Positions 8,862 to 17,703 of a stretch of 64,000 nucleotides of DNA are shown here, piece after piece. The notes beneath the pieces are model-generated. The model had not been told where the DNA came from. It searched no databases and saw only the letters and a list, made by a program, of their open reading frames with translations. Each line of letters starts with the position of its first letter. Position 1 is the stretch's first letter. This DNA is from a virus: IMG/VR virus record IMGVR_UViG_3300032431_000003, positions 13,926 to 77,925 of that record. One strand, 5' to 3'. Position numbers and translations under genes: made by a program.

Positions 8862-11800
8862 TCAAGGTAAATTCCGCCTCGTAATCACCCCGTCTCCAAT
8901 GATCTCGCCGAGGGGATAGCTCCCTGAGAACACCCTGCTTGTAATGACCTTCTCCTCCTTCTGCCCCTTCTCTGGAACTCTGACCTTGCGGAAGGTGTCC
9001 ATAGGGAAAGGTCTGTCTAAGCCAACGGATAACTGTGTAGCGGCATTGGGGACGGTGAGTACAACGCTTCCTCCGAAGCCATCAATGTTTACGGTGTTAC
9101 TGATTGAGAGTATCCTTCTTTGTCTAGAAGAATAATTGCAGGCATAAATCAACCTGTCTCCCGGTCGGTAGGTAGTAGAAAATGGGACGCTGAAGTTCTC
9201 CTTAGTCCCGCCATTCCAGTTTTCAATAGTTGCTTCAGTTCTGACCCCTACAAGAGCTTGCCCCAAATTCTTTGCATGGGGATAAGAAAGTGAGCCACCT
9301 TCAAGGTCTCTCTTGTTTCCATAGTAATCATCGATACCAGAGAAGACAAAGTGGTCGAAAGTATTCTTCTCCTTTTGAGCGGCAACCTTATCATCGCCAC
9401 CATTCTTCGCTTCCGACTCAACCTTCTCCCATAGCGGCGGCAACTTAGTGCCAATGGGTGGTCTTCCTTCCTTTAGGCTGAAAGTAGTGTCCTGAAGACT
9501 GTTAACAAATTGCGAGTCTTGGGAACTGAATTTAGCCATATACTCCCTGTACTTGTCGTCTTCTTTGCTGTTCAATGTATCCGGTGACTCTTGATGAAAG
9601 GACTTTGCTCCCAGTGCGGAAAACAGTCCCGGACTACGGAAGCCCTTGGGGAACTGAGTGTTCTTGCTCGTCAGGATAAGTAAGCTCCGCCGATGAAACT
9701 CTTCCTTTCCGCAAGTCAATGGAGGCAGTGGTCCTCCTTCTCCTCCTGTGAGTGGATTGCGAATCCATGCTAGAGAATTTGAGTGCATCGTCTCAAAGAG
9801 AACTATGTACGGCTCAACAAACATAGGATCAACAGCAAAACGCCATTCTGAACGACCACCAGGAAGGCAGACCTTGTAGTTGGTCTGGGTATTGATTTCA
9901 ATATCCTTGTAGTAATCCCGCATGGGTTCAAGGTAATTACGCTGCTGGACTCGGACTGGGTTCCGGAAGAAGATGTATAGGTTAAATTCCTCACTACCAG
10001 TGGTAGTGTCGCCTCCTAGCTCTATTGTTTCAGGTTTTGTGGCACTTTCTTGCTTGTAACGACTCAACTCCCAGCCATCGGTGTCATAGCCTAGTTGGTA
10101 GCCAGTGTCAGGGTCATAGATATATTTAGTGGTACTAGACCGAATCTGCTGCCAAAGAGGTGCACTATCGGCTCCGGTCAGCATTCCGGCAGCGTATATC
10201 TGCCAGCCATAAACCACGAAACCCCACTCTTCTACATAGTCTTCCAAGGGCAAACCGTCGAGAGTCGTAGTCTTTTTGTAGGTTTTCCGTGGACCCGACA
10301 GATCAAAGCACACGGAGATATCTTTGATGAAGCCACTGTTTGCTGGGGGTGCATTCACTGCGTCATCCCCTTCTTCTGTTATTGACTTAACTCGTGCTTT
10401 ACGTTTCCATCTGGGGACTGTGTACTCATCGCTTAATTGGGTATCTTCTTTCTTGGCTTCATCCCCAGAATCGGAGGTATCACCCCACTCCAACTTGTAA
10501 GGTGGATCGTAGAGTTTAGCCCACTTGTAAAGCTGAGTATTCTCGGCATTCGCTGTAGGCACAGGGGCAGGGATGGGAACGGCGGGGATGATCGATCCAT
10601 CTGGGTGGGGGTGAAACGACCCGCCTCCACTAAATGTTCTCGGTCCCATACTGCCAGCCAAGGTAGTCTGAATGTCCGAGAGTAGCCTTCCCTCACTCAG
10701 AAAATGTTGAGGAACAGAGTTGATACCTATAGCTTCCACGCAGCCGGGGTTGTTGTAATTAGCGAAGCAACCATTCCCAGTGATTCGTAGCCTTGAAGTG
10801 AATTCGCTGCTGAACGTTGTCATCGCAGTTGTCGGTGTGTCTCTGGGAATCTTGACTGCTAAACCTGGTCCACAATAAGCTCCTCTAGCAGAATTAGCTA
10901 TAGCCCCCAGCGATGTCTCCGAAGCTAAGCCTTGAGAGCTTCCTTGTCCACTTGAGTTGTTAAGCAGCAAGCAATTAGGATCAATGCCTGAGACAGATTC
11001 CGAACTCTGCATTTCCCCACCCCGAAGCCTTACTTGGCGATCCACCCATACCTCATGGCGACCACCTAGGGATACATTGACTTCAAGGAGTCTCTGAGGA
11101 CTATTGCTTGCCATCGTTTCCTTGAAAGACAATCCATTTACCCTGTAACCAATGCCAAACACAGTAAACTCTGTCCCTTCGCTAAGCTGCGCCATTGCTA
11201 AGTCACGGTACTGGGCGTAGGTAACAAAATTGAAACTTGCTGATGGATGCCCCTCGAAAGATAGGGTCCAGCTAAATTGACCCTTGACGGGGAAGCGATA
11301 AAACAAGTCGGGGTAAGGCGGACTTAAATAGTTGGTAGGTAAGAATGTCTGAGGCGGAATCACAACCAGAGCTTCTGGAGGCGGTAGATTCCCTGGAGGC
11401 AAAGCAATGGAGATCGAAGGAATCCCTGGAGTCGGAGATAGCCCTGAGCCAACGGGGTTATAGATGAAAGTCCGAGGTGGAATAACGGGGACTCCGCCAG
11501 AGATGACAACTTCTCCTCCGTAAAGAGTGTAGGTAATCCCTGCAATAGTGATTGAAGTTGGGCTGGGAGTATTGTCCGGTAGTGGGACAACAACCGTAGT
11601 TCCCACGTAAGGAGGCAACTCTACCACCAGAGGAATTGCCGGGACTTCTCCTGGGGGAATGTCTTGAATTATGTTTACGAGCAATCCAGTGAAGGGGCTT
11701 GGTAGTTGGCTATTTAGTGGGCTATTGCAAACTTGTACCTCTATCGGTAATGGTGGCTGCTCCATTCCGTTTGCATAGTGACCAACGGCTATCTCTGGGA

Positions 11801-12959
11801 GATTCGTTGTTACGGGGATACTCACGGCAGTATCAATGAGTTTCAATCCCCGATAGATTAGTCCATCACCGGAGAGTGTAACATCGAGAGTTGTTGCCCC
11901 AGTGACAGCTTGGAAGCCAGTGAATATTCCTGTAGAGCCATCACCAGCAATCCTAGCAAGAATACTTCCTGTCCCAGCCACGTAAGGTATCTGAACAAGA
12001 GTTCCTTGCCCTGAGATACCAATGGCAATAGCCCCAGTCCCAGCCACGTAGGGTATCTGAACTAGGGTTCCCTCGCCAGCTAGGATTAGGTCAATGTTTC
12101 CCGACCCAATAGCCGCTATCCCCAAGAGGATATTGCCAGTCCCATTTACCTGAGCAACTAGGCTCCCTGTTCCGTCCACGTAGGGTATCTGAGTCAGAGT
12201 TCCCTCGCCAACCAGGGCTAGGTCAATGTTTCCCGACCCAATAGCCGCTATCCCCAAGAGGATATTGCCATTCCCATCTATTTGAGCGGCTAGTTCCCCT
12301 GCTCCATTTGCGTAGGGTATTTGAACAATGCCACCAGACCCAGCTACGGAAGCATCGATCACCCCTGATCCAGCAATGACGTTCCCTAGGAATATTCCTC
12401 CAGTACCATCCGTTGTTAGATCAAGTACTCCAGAGCCAGTCAATTCAGGGACTAGGACTATCCCGCCGTTTCCATCAATCCGTAAATCAAAGACTCCTAT
12501 TCCATCTATCTGCGGTACGAAGGTTATGCCACCTTCTCCAGTAATTACGAGTTCACCAATCCCTGACGCTGAAGAGACAAGGACTAGTCCACCACTGCCT
12601 TCAATGATTACCTCGCCCGTGCCAAGGAGCCCGTTGCCAAGGAATATTCCGCCATCCCCCATCAGGGTTAATTGCCCCTCGCCGGAAACATTGACTCCAA
12701 CGAAAAGATTCCCTTCGCCTAGAATCGGAATGCTGGTAGTCCCACCAGACACCTGTAATCCCGTGAAAAGAACTCCTTCCCCTAGGGCAGTAACAAGAAT
12801 GTCAGCAGTTCCCCCGGATACCCGTAGTCCCGTAAAGAGAGTTCCTTCACCTGCCGCAAGAATCTCTCCACTACCTGAAACGGTGGAAGTGTCGTCTGAC
12901 AGCCACCAATTCTCAAATGGGTCAAGACCAAGACTGAATGGTGAAGCGAAGTTGAGCAT
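8862..12959 (-). CDS. large tail/baseplate-associated protein with N-terminal Gly-rich beta-repeat region
   Basis: ~1365 aa; about 350 N-terminal residues of GxG repeats, a Pro-rich linker, then a globular C-terminal region; lies in the tail-tip cluster. Confidence 0.6.
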   Translation of the reverse strand: MLNFASPFSLGLDPFENWWLSDDTSTVSGSGEILAAGEGTLFTGLRVSGGTADILVTALGEGVLFTGLQVSGGTTSIPILGEGNLFVGVNVSGEGQLTLMGDGGIFLGNGLLGTGEVIIEGSGGLVLVSSASGIGELVITGEGGITFVPQIDGIGVFDLRIDGNGGIVLVPELTGSGVLDLTTDGTGGIFLGNVIAGSGVIDASVAGSGGIVQIPYANGAGELAAQIDGNGNILLGIAAIGSGNIDLALVGEGTLTQIPYVDGTGSLVAQVNGTGNILLGIAAIGSGNIDLILAGEGTLVQIPYVAGTGAIAIGISGQGTLVQIPYVAGTGSILARIAGDGSTGIFTGFQAVTGATTLDVTLSGDGLIYRGLKLIDTAVSIPVTTNLPEIAVGHYANGMEQPPLPIEVQVCNSPLNSQLPSPFTGLLVNIIQDIPPGEVPAIPLVVELPPYVGTTVVVPLPDNTPSPTSITIAGITYTLYGGEVVISGGVPVIPPRTFIYNPVGSGLSPTPGIPSISIALPPGNLPPPEALVVIPPQTFLPTNYLSPPYPDLFYRFPVKGQFSWTLSFEGHPSASFNFVTYAQYRDLAMAQLSEGTEFTVFGIGYRVNGLSFKETMASNSPQRLLEVNVSLGGRHEVWVDRQVRLRGGEMQSSESVSGIDPNCLLLNNSSGQGSSQGLASETSLGAIANSARGAYCGPGLAVKIPRDTPTTAMTTFSSEFTSRLRITGNGCFANYNNPGCVEAIGINSVPQHFLSEGRLLSDIQTTLAGSMGPRTFSGGGSFHPHPDGSIIPAVPIPAPVPTANAENTQLYKWAKLYDPPYKLEWGDTSDSGDEAKKEDTQLSDEYTVPRWKRKARVKSITEEGDDAVNAPPANSGFIKDISVCFDLSGPRKTYKKTTTLDGLPLEDYVEEWGFVVYGWQIYAAGMLTGADSAPLWQQIRSSTTKYIYDPDTGYQLGYDTDGWELSRYKQESATKPETIELGGDTTTGSEEFNLYIFFRNPVRVQQRNYLEPMRDYYKDIEINTQTNYKVCLPGGRSEWRFAVDPMFVEPYIVLFETMHSNSLAWIRNPLTGGEGGPLPPLTCGKEEFHRRSLLILTSKNTQFPKGFRSPGLFSALGAKSFHQESPDTLNSKEDDKYREYMAKFSSQDSQFVNSLQDTTFSLKEGRPPIGTKLPPLWEKVESEAKNGGDDKVAAQKEKNTFDHFVFSGIDDYYGNKRDLEGGSLSYPHAKNLGQALVGVRTEATIENWNGGTKENFSVPFSTTYRPGDRLIYACNYSSRQRRILSISNTVNIDGFGGSVVLTVPNAATQLSVGLDRPFPMDTFRKVRVPEKGQKEEKVITSRVFSGSYPLGEIIGDGVITRRNLP
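12088..12270 (-). repeat. intragenic tandem repeat, 132-bp (44-aa) period
   Basis: ~50-bp identical block aggtcaatgtttcccgacccaatagccgctatccccaagaggatattgcca at 12088 and 12220. Confidence 0.85.
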
Positions 12960-12965
12960 CAAAAC

Positions 12966-13484
12966 CTAGGGGATAGGGGGAGTTGGAGGATTTACCTCAT
13001 TGCTGGCGTAAGTAAAGAAGTTGGGATTGAAGCCACAGGACTCAAGGAGAGCTTCGGCTTCTGTGATTTCGGCGGGAGTAATGGGAGCATTCATTTGATC
13101 TAGCGTTACTTGTAATCCGAAGATTGCAAAGCCCAGAGACCGCTGATCCTGTCCGATGCCGATTACTTCGGATATCTGCCCCATGATGCCATTAATTGCC
13201 AATGAAGTTACACGGAGCCCTTGCATTCTTTGAAACAACGAATTATCTTTCATTCGTTTTCCCAACTTGTCCCAGTAAGGAGGTGGATCATTTCTAATAA
13301 TCAATTGCCCATTAACGTATTCAATGTCGAATATCTGACCCCACCAGTCGGGGATAACACCTTTTACCCAGCCAAGAGAGTCTAACTCTACGCTGTTCAA
13401 GGCATCTGCATTGGGGAGGGTTTCCTTGATCGCCTCCGAGCCACGATGCAAACCTGTTGAGAGTTCGTAATAGATGGTAGCCAT
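12966..13484 (-). CDS. hypothetical protein, possible tail fibre assembly protein
   Basis: directly downstream of the Gly-rich fibre-like gene; tight spacing. Confidence 0.45.
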   Translation of the reverse strand: MATIYYELSTGLHRGSEAIKETLPNADALNSVELDSLGWVKGVIPDWWGQIFDIEYVNGQLIIRNDPPPYWDKLGKRMKDNSLFQRMQGLRVTSLAINGIMGQISEVIGIGQDQRSLGFAIFGLQVTLDQMNAPITPAEITEAEALLESCGFNPNFFTYASNEVNPPTPPIP

Positions 13485-13486
13485 AA

Positions 13487-14329
13487 TTAACCAAAGAATC
13501 TTAGATGAATAAACCCATGCCCAGCCTGATCGTTGTTTGTGTTGCTAGTTCCCACGCCACCGCCGGGGTATCGAGGATCGGTATTGAGAGGGGGTGTTGC
13601 TCCTACGCCTTGACTGGTAAGCGCAGAGGTTCCCCCGGCAAACCCAGAGCCGCCAGCACCGCCAGAGGAATTACCACCACCACCACCACCAAAGAGACCA
13701 CCGCCACCAGAGCCTCCATAGAGTGATCCGTTACCGCCTTGGAAAGCGGAGCCAGCAGTCCCACTCAGGGAACCTGCACCACCAGCAGACTGAGTGCCAC
13801 CACCGCTAGTTCCCTGCCCTACTCCACTTCCTCCAGTGGTTCCCCCGCCTACACCGCCCGTCGATCCTGCATTGTAACTAGCACCACCCCCACCACCCGC
13901 CGTAGCTAATTCGGTGGAGGTTCTACGAATTGCGCTTCGACCACCTCCTCTGCCGGAAAAGGAGCTACCATCCCCAGAGCAAGACCCAGAGCCGCCGTAG
14001 CCACCCGCTCTGCTTTGGATTGAGGCAGTTGTACTTAAGCCACCCTGCCCTATGATGGCAATCAGTGACTCCCCGCCAGTGACAGTAAGGATTCCCGTGG
14101 TCGCCCCGCCAGCCCCGCCTCTGATTGGGGTAATATTAGTTGCCCGACTCCCCGCCGCACCCCAAATAATATATTCACAAGAACTGTACCCAGCAGGAAC
14201 CAAGATATCCTGATCTGCCCCCGTGTAAGCATAAGTCTGAATAATCTCAGGTAAAGGGGGCAAGTCCTGACTGCTGAATAGCGAGACTGTCCGTGTGCCA
14301 CTCTGTTGTCCAAGGCTATGTCTAAACAT
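13487..14329 (-). CDS. glycine-rich domain tail fibre/receptor-binding protein
   Basis: YTGADQ..VPAG, WGAAG, GGAGG, GGGRSAIR, AGGGGG and GGGGGG motifs of the glycine-rich (polyglycine helix) domain; start chosen at MFRHS. Confidence 0.7.
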   Translation of the reverse strand: MFRHSLGQQSGTRTVSLFSSQDLPPLPEIIQTYAYTGADQDILVPAGYSSCEYIIWGAAGSRATNITPIRGGAGGATTGILTVTGGESLIAIIGQGGLSTTASIQSRAGGYGGSGSCSGDGSSFSGRGGGRSAIRRTSTELATAGGGGGASYNAGSTGGVGGGTTGGSGVGQGTSGGGTQSAGGAGSLSGTAGSAFQGGNGSLYGGSGGGGLFGGGGGGNSSGGAGGSGFAGGTSALTSQGVGATPPLNTDPRYPGGGVGTSNTNNDQAGHGFIHLRFFG

Positions 14330-15047
14330 AAATAGCCCCCACTGCATAAATATTCACTACGCTTGCCACGGAAGCCCTCGCCCTGATTGATCGAGCCAAG
14401 TCTTCATAGCAAACTTGGAACGGATAAGAGAAGTCAAGAACCGCCCCAGCCGCTAAAGTTATCTCTAGGAATTCTTCGGCAAGAGCAGGAGTCCCTGGGC
14501 TATTGCCACTGGGATTAACCAGATGCCAGATTTCTACAAGTACGGCTGCCGTGTGGGTATTTGAGATGGATATCCCAGTTATGAAAGTTTTCTGGGATGC
14601 AGGGTTTTGGAACACGATGGAGGTACTAGCTCCCGTTCCTGTGCCGAGCAAGATCGGTTCTGCTAATCGAGTGGAGAAAGTTAGTTGGGATGCTACCGTG
14701 GATTCGATTGACCCGCACACCGTAGCCGTTACCACGTTATTCACTGTTGCCGAGGCGATTAAGGCTCGATTGGTTTCGGGGTAGCAATTAACTTGAGGAA
14801 TTATCCAATTAAGAGTTGCCTTTGAAGCCAAGGTAAACTGAACTCGATAAGCCAGACTGGGGGAGCCAACATTCCCACTACTAGGAGGAATCCCATTCCA
14901 GAGGGTGACAGTCACGGGGGCTGTGTGGGAATTAAACAGAACCACCCCAATCACATAGCTAATCTGGCTGGCGGGGTTAGCCAATAGGGTCGTGTTGCTT
15001 GTCCCAATTAAGGCAGGTAAAACTAATTGTTTTTGGGCAATTGCCAT
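14322..15047 (-). CDS. structural protein with two tandem homologous domains
   Basis: NPASQ..(V/I)xGxxxxN(S/T)HTAxVxVxxW...P(S/A)LA...TLA occurs twice. Confidence 0.65.
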   Translation of the reverse strand: MAIAQKQLVLPALIGTSNTTLLANPASQISYVIGVVLFNSHTAPVTVTLWNGIPPSSGNVGSPSLAYRVQFTLASKATLNWIIPQVNCYPETNRALIASATVNNVVTATVCGSIESTVASQLTFSTRLAEPILLGTGTGASTSIVFQNPASQKTFITGISISNTHTAAVLVEIWHLVNPSGNSPGTPALAEEFLEITLAAGAVLDFSYPFQVCYEDLARSIRARASVASVVNIYAVGAIYV

Positions 15048-15055
15048 GAAAGACC

Positions 15056-15448
15056 CTAGATGTTTGCAATATTAAATACCAATAACCCAATCCCAATGGG
15101 TGCGCCGACAACTGCGACATTCGATGGGGTCATCACAAAGTCAATCCCCGCACCCGCAGCATTGGATACGTTGCATCGCCACTGCCCCGTCCCTGCCGCA
15201 TTAAAAAAGACTCCGTGGCTAATTGCCCCAGCATTAATAGCTGAAGCATTCAACCCAATTGCCGCCATTTGCACTTGCCCATTATTGGCTACGGTTCCCG
15301 CTGGTCCACCGAGAGCATGGGAGGAGACGTAGTTATTCGCTGAATTAGCGGAGTTGCTAAATAATCTGAATGTGCCGCCGGGGATTCTGCCAAGGAAGGC
15401 ATCTCCTAGGGCAACTCTGGCTCCGGGGTCTACTGCTGAAACTGCCAT
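15056..15448 (-). CDS. putative structural protein
   Basis: Ala/Gly/Asn-rich 130-aa ORF in the tail cluster. Confidence 0.55.
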   Translation of the reverse strand: MAVSAVDPGARVALGDAFLGRIPGGTFRLFSNSANSANNYVSSHALGGPAGTVANNGQVQMAAIGLNASAINAGAISHGVFFNAAGTGQWRCNVSNAAGAGIDFVMTPSNVAVVGAPIGIGLLVFNIANI

Positions 15449-15452
15449 ATAT

Positions 15453-15782
15453 TTAACAAATTCCTATAATAATTTGATTGCCCGTTTCATCCCAAAAGAA
15501 TTCTCCGGGCTGTAGATTTGACGGATTGGAACTAGCTCTGTAGCGAACCCCTGAGATATCTAGGGCTGCAACGTTTTTCAACGACAGTCCAGTCGTATCA
15601 ATTGTAGCTAAGTTTCCAGAAACTCCGTTAATAATGGTCTTAGTAATTAAGGCTTGAGAAAAACCAATCATACAAAGTAGTCCACCCCCACCTGATCCAT
15701 CTACCATAGCAAGAAGTCCGCCTCCATCTATAAAGGGGACAACTCTTGCTGCATATAGGATATCATTAGCAATAACAAACAT
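15453..15782 (-). CDS. hypothetical (structural?) protein
   Basis: TAATG coupling to the upstream gene; LQPGEFFWD motif. Confidence 0.55.
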   Translation of the reverse strand: MFVIANDILYAARVVPFIDGGGLLAMVDGSGGGGLLCMIGFSQALITKTIINGVSGNLATIDTTGLSLKNVAALDISGVRYRASSNPSNLQPGEFFWDETGNQIIIGIC

Positions 15783-16150
15783 TAACCGTAGAATCCATAA
15801 ATATTCAAATAGGTCTCGGCGTTAGGGTTGGTTGTATTCCAGTTTCCAGCGCAAAGGAACATAAGCTGTATTGCGTAGATACCCTTGAAGTCAAGGATAG
15901 ATACACCGCTTGTCCCCGGAGCCAGTGTTGCCAAAGCAGCACCTTCAGCCCTGACAAGCAAGCTTCCCGTCAAGGAACCATTCCACCACTCCCCCTGGGG
16001 ATGGTACTGAACCTTGAGAGTCGTTGAAGCCAAAGCCACGCTGCCCACATTCCTGATTTCTAGGCTAAGGAGCCGACCGCCAACTCCCAACTCAAATACC
16101 TCCGGGTAAGGAGTCGCCTTAACTAAAAGGTTTTCTTTTGTATATACCAT
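15782..16150 (-). CDS. hypothetical (structural?) protein
   Basis: only 5' ATG at 16150 (MVYTKEN); beta-rich; start overlaps the portal start. Confidence 0.6.
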   Translation of the reverse strand: MVYTKENLLVKATPYPEVFELGVGGRLLSLEIRNVGSVALASTTLKVQYHPQGEWWNGSLTGSLLVRAEGAALATLAPGTSGVSILDFKGIYAIQLMFLCAGNWNTTNPNAETYLNIYGFYG

Positions 16151-17609
16151 GCCAAATTTTCCTCGCAAGACTACTCCTTACTATAACTCAACCACCAACG
16201 CAGTATCACCCCCAATCGAGGGCAGTACAGCTTCTAAGTTGTCGTTCCTGACCAGTGAAGTGATCCAAGAGTTTCAGCGGAAAGGAAAGCACTCCATCTC
16301 TGAGCTACTAAAAACAAGGGAGTTGGATGAAGGAGTTGCCGCTTCCATTGCTTTGATGCAGTTAAGGGTAATGGCTAGGCTAGGGGATTACACTCATCCT
16401 ATTCCTGAGATAAAGAAGTGGGTCAGGGGTAACTTCACTGACATGGAGGGGACTCTAGCCGAAACAGTTCATCACCTAGCCTTGGCTCCTTGGATTGGTA
16501 GCACCGACGCCGAAATAAACCCAGTGGCAACAGTAAGGCAAGGAAGACCTGAATGGCGGCTACAAGGCTTGCAGCCAATCAGTCCCGACAAAGTAAAATA
16601 TGCGGGTTCGAGAAGGCTGGGGCTAACTCACGTCATTGACATGAGCCATCCGAATCCGTCAAACAGATGTAATTGGATACCAGTCAGCAAAGTGCTCCAC
16701 GTTGACCTCGGTAGCTTTGACGGTTCGCCCTATGGCTACGCTTTGGCAAGGAATATAATGCCCTACGTGAAGGCAAAGCAAGTATTGATGACTGAGTGGA
16801 TTGTTGCTGGCAGGAATCAATCGTCTGGCTTGCTCATTGGTAAAGCCGATTCTAACCAATCCGTGAGTCTCCTTGATCGGGCAGGGCAACCTCTCAAAAA
16901 CCCTGATGGAACTCCACGTATCGCCTCTGCCGTAGAGCAACTCACTAAGCAGTTGGAGCAATTGGATAGCACCAACTTCCTTGTTACCGATCCACAAAAT
17001 AACGTCATGTGGCAGCCAATGTCTGTAGATTCTGGATTCTTCCAGCAAGCTATTCAGTATGTTGATGGAGCTATTCTGCTGGGATTGGGAATACCCAAGT
17101 TAACTTTCAATGAAGGCAGTGGGCAATTTGGAAACACCTCGGTAGCGATGGTTCAGAAGACTATGCTTGATACCCGACTGGGGATTATTGCCGACAAGAT
17201 TGAAGATCAGATCATTGAGCGAGTAATTAGACCCTTGCTTGTCTTTAACTTTGGGTTGACAGCCGAAGATGGCTGGGGACACTTTGAATCCGACGTATCC
17301 AGTGACCCAATCATGGCTCAGTCTCAGCTTCAGATGCTCATGCAAGCTGTAGCCATGCAAGTCATTCCGGCAACCGATCCTGCTGTCATGGATTCTATTC
17401 GTCAACTCCTGAAACTCCCAGCAGTCACCGAAGAAGATGCGTTGGGCAATATTCGCAGGGCTGCGGATATCCAAGCTCTTCAACAGACAACAGTAATGAA
17501 GGCACAGATGGAAGTCCAAAACAAATCTCAGCTAGAGATGATGGAGAAACAATCTCAGATGCAGCAAGAGCAACAAGCCAAGGAACAACAGCAACCCCAG
17601 CAGCAATAA
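16149..17609 (+). CDS. portal protein (Mu gp29/DUF935-like)
   Basis: 486 aa; GSPYGYALARNI, FQQAIQYVDGAILLGLG and QIIERVIRPLLVFNFG motifs; poly-Gln C-terminus. Confidence 0.8.
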   Translation: MPNFPRKTTPYYNSTTNAVSPPIEGSTASKLSFLTSEVIQEFQRKGKHSISELLKTRELDEGVAASIALMQLRVMARLGDYTHPIPEIKKWVRGNFTDMEGTLAETVHHLALAPWIGSTDAEINPVATVRQGRPEWRLQGLQPISPDKVKYAGSRRLGLTHVIDMSHPNPSNRCNWIPVSKVLHVDLGSFDGSPYGYALARNIMPYVKAKQVLMTEWIVAGRNQSSGLLIGKADSNQSVSLLDRAGQPLKNPDGTPRIASAVEQLTKQLEQLDSTNFLVTDPQNNVMWQPMSVDSGFFQQAIQYVDGAILLGLGIPKLTFNEGSGQFGNTSVAMVQKTMLDTRLGIIADKIEDQIIERVIRPLLVFNFGLTAEDGWGHFESDVSSDPIMAQSQLQMLMQAVAMQVIPATDPAVMDSIRQLLKLPAVTEEDALGNIRRAADIQALQQTTVMKAQMEVQNKSQLEMMEKQSQMQQEQQAKEQQQPQQQ

Positions 17610-17626
17610 AATATATCCGCTTCACC

Positions 17627-17655
17627 TTGAGCATTTACGTTGTCAGTGTTAAACT
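17627..17655 (+). promoter_or_regulatory. sigma70-type promoter for the thyX operon
   Basis: TTGAGC-N17-TAAACT with extended TG. Confidence 0.5.
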
Positions 17656-17703
17656 GATTCTAACCAGACAAGTTAAGATTGCTTTTCCTTAAGCCCAAAA
17701 AAC

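Noticed and set aside
12328-12969. 213-aa Pro-rich plus-strand ORF
   Set aside because: Antisense shadow of the Gly-rich repeats (GGN codons read as Pro on the opposite strand)
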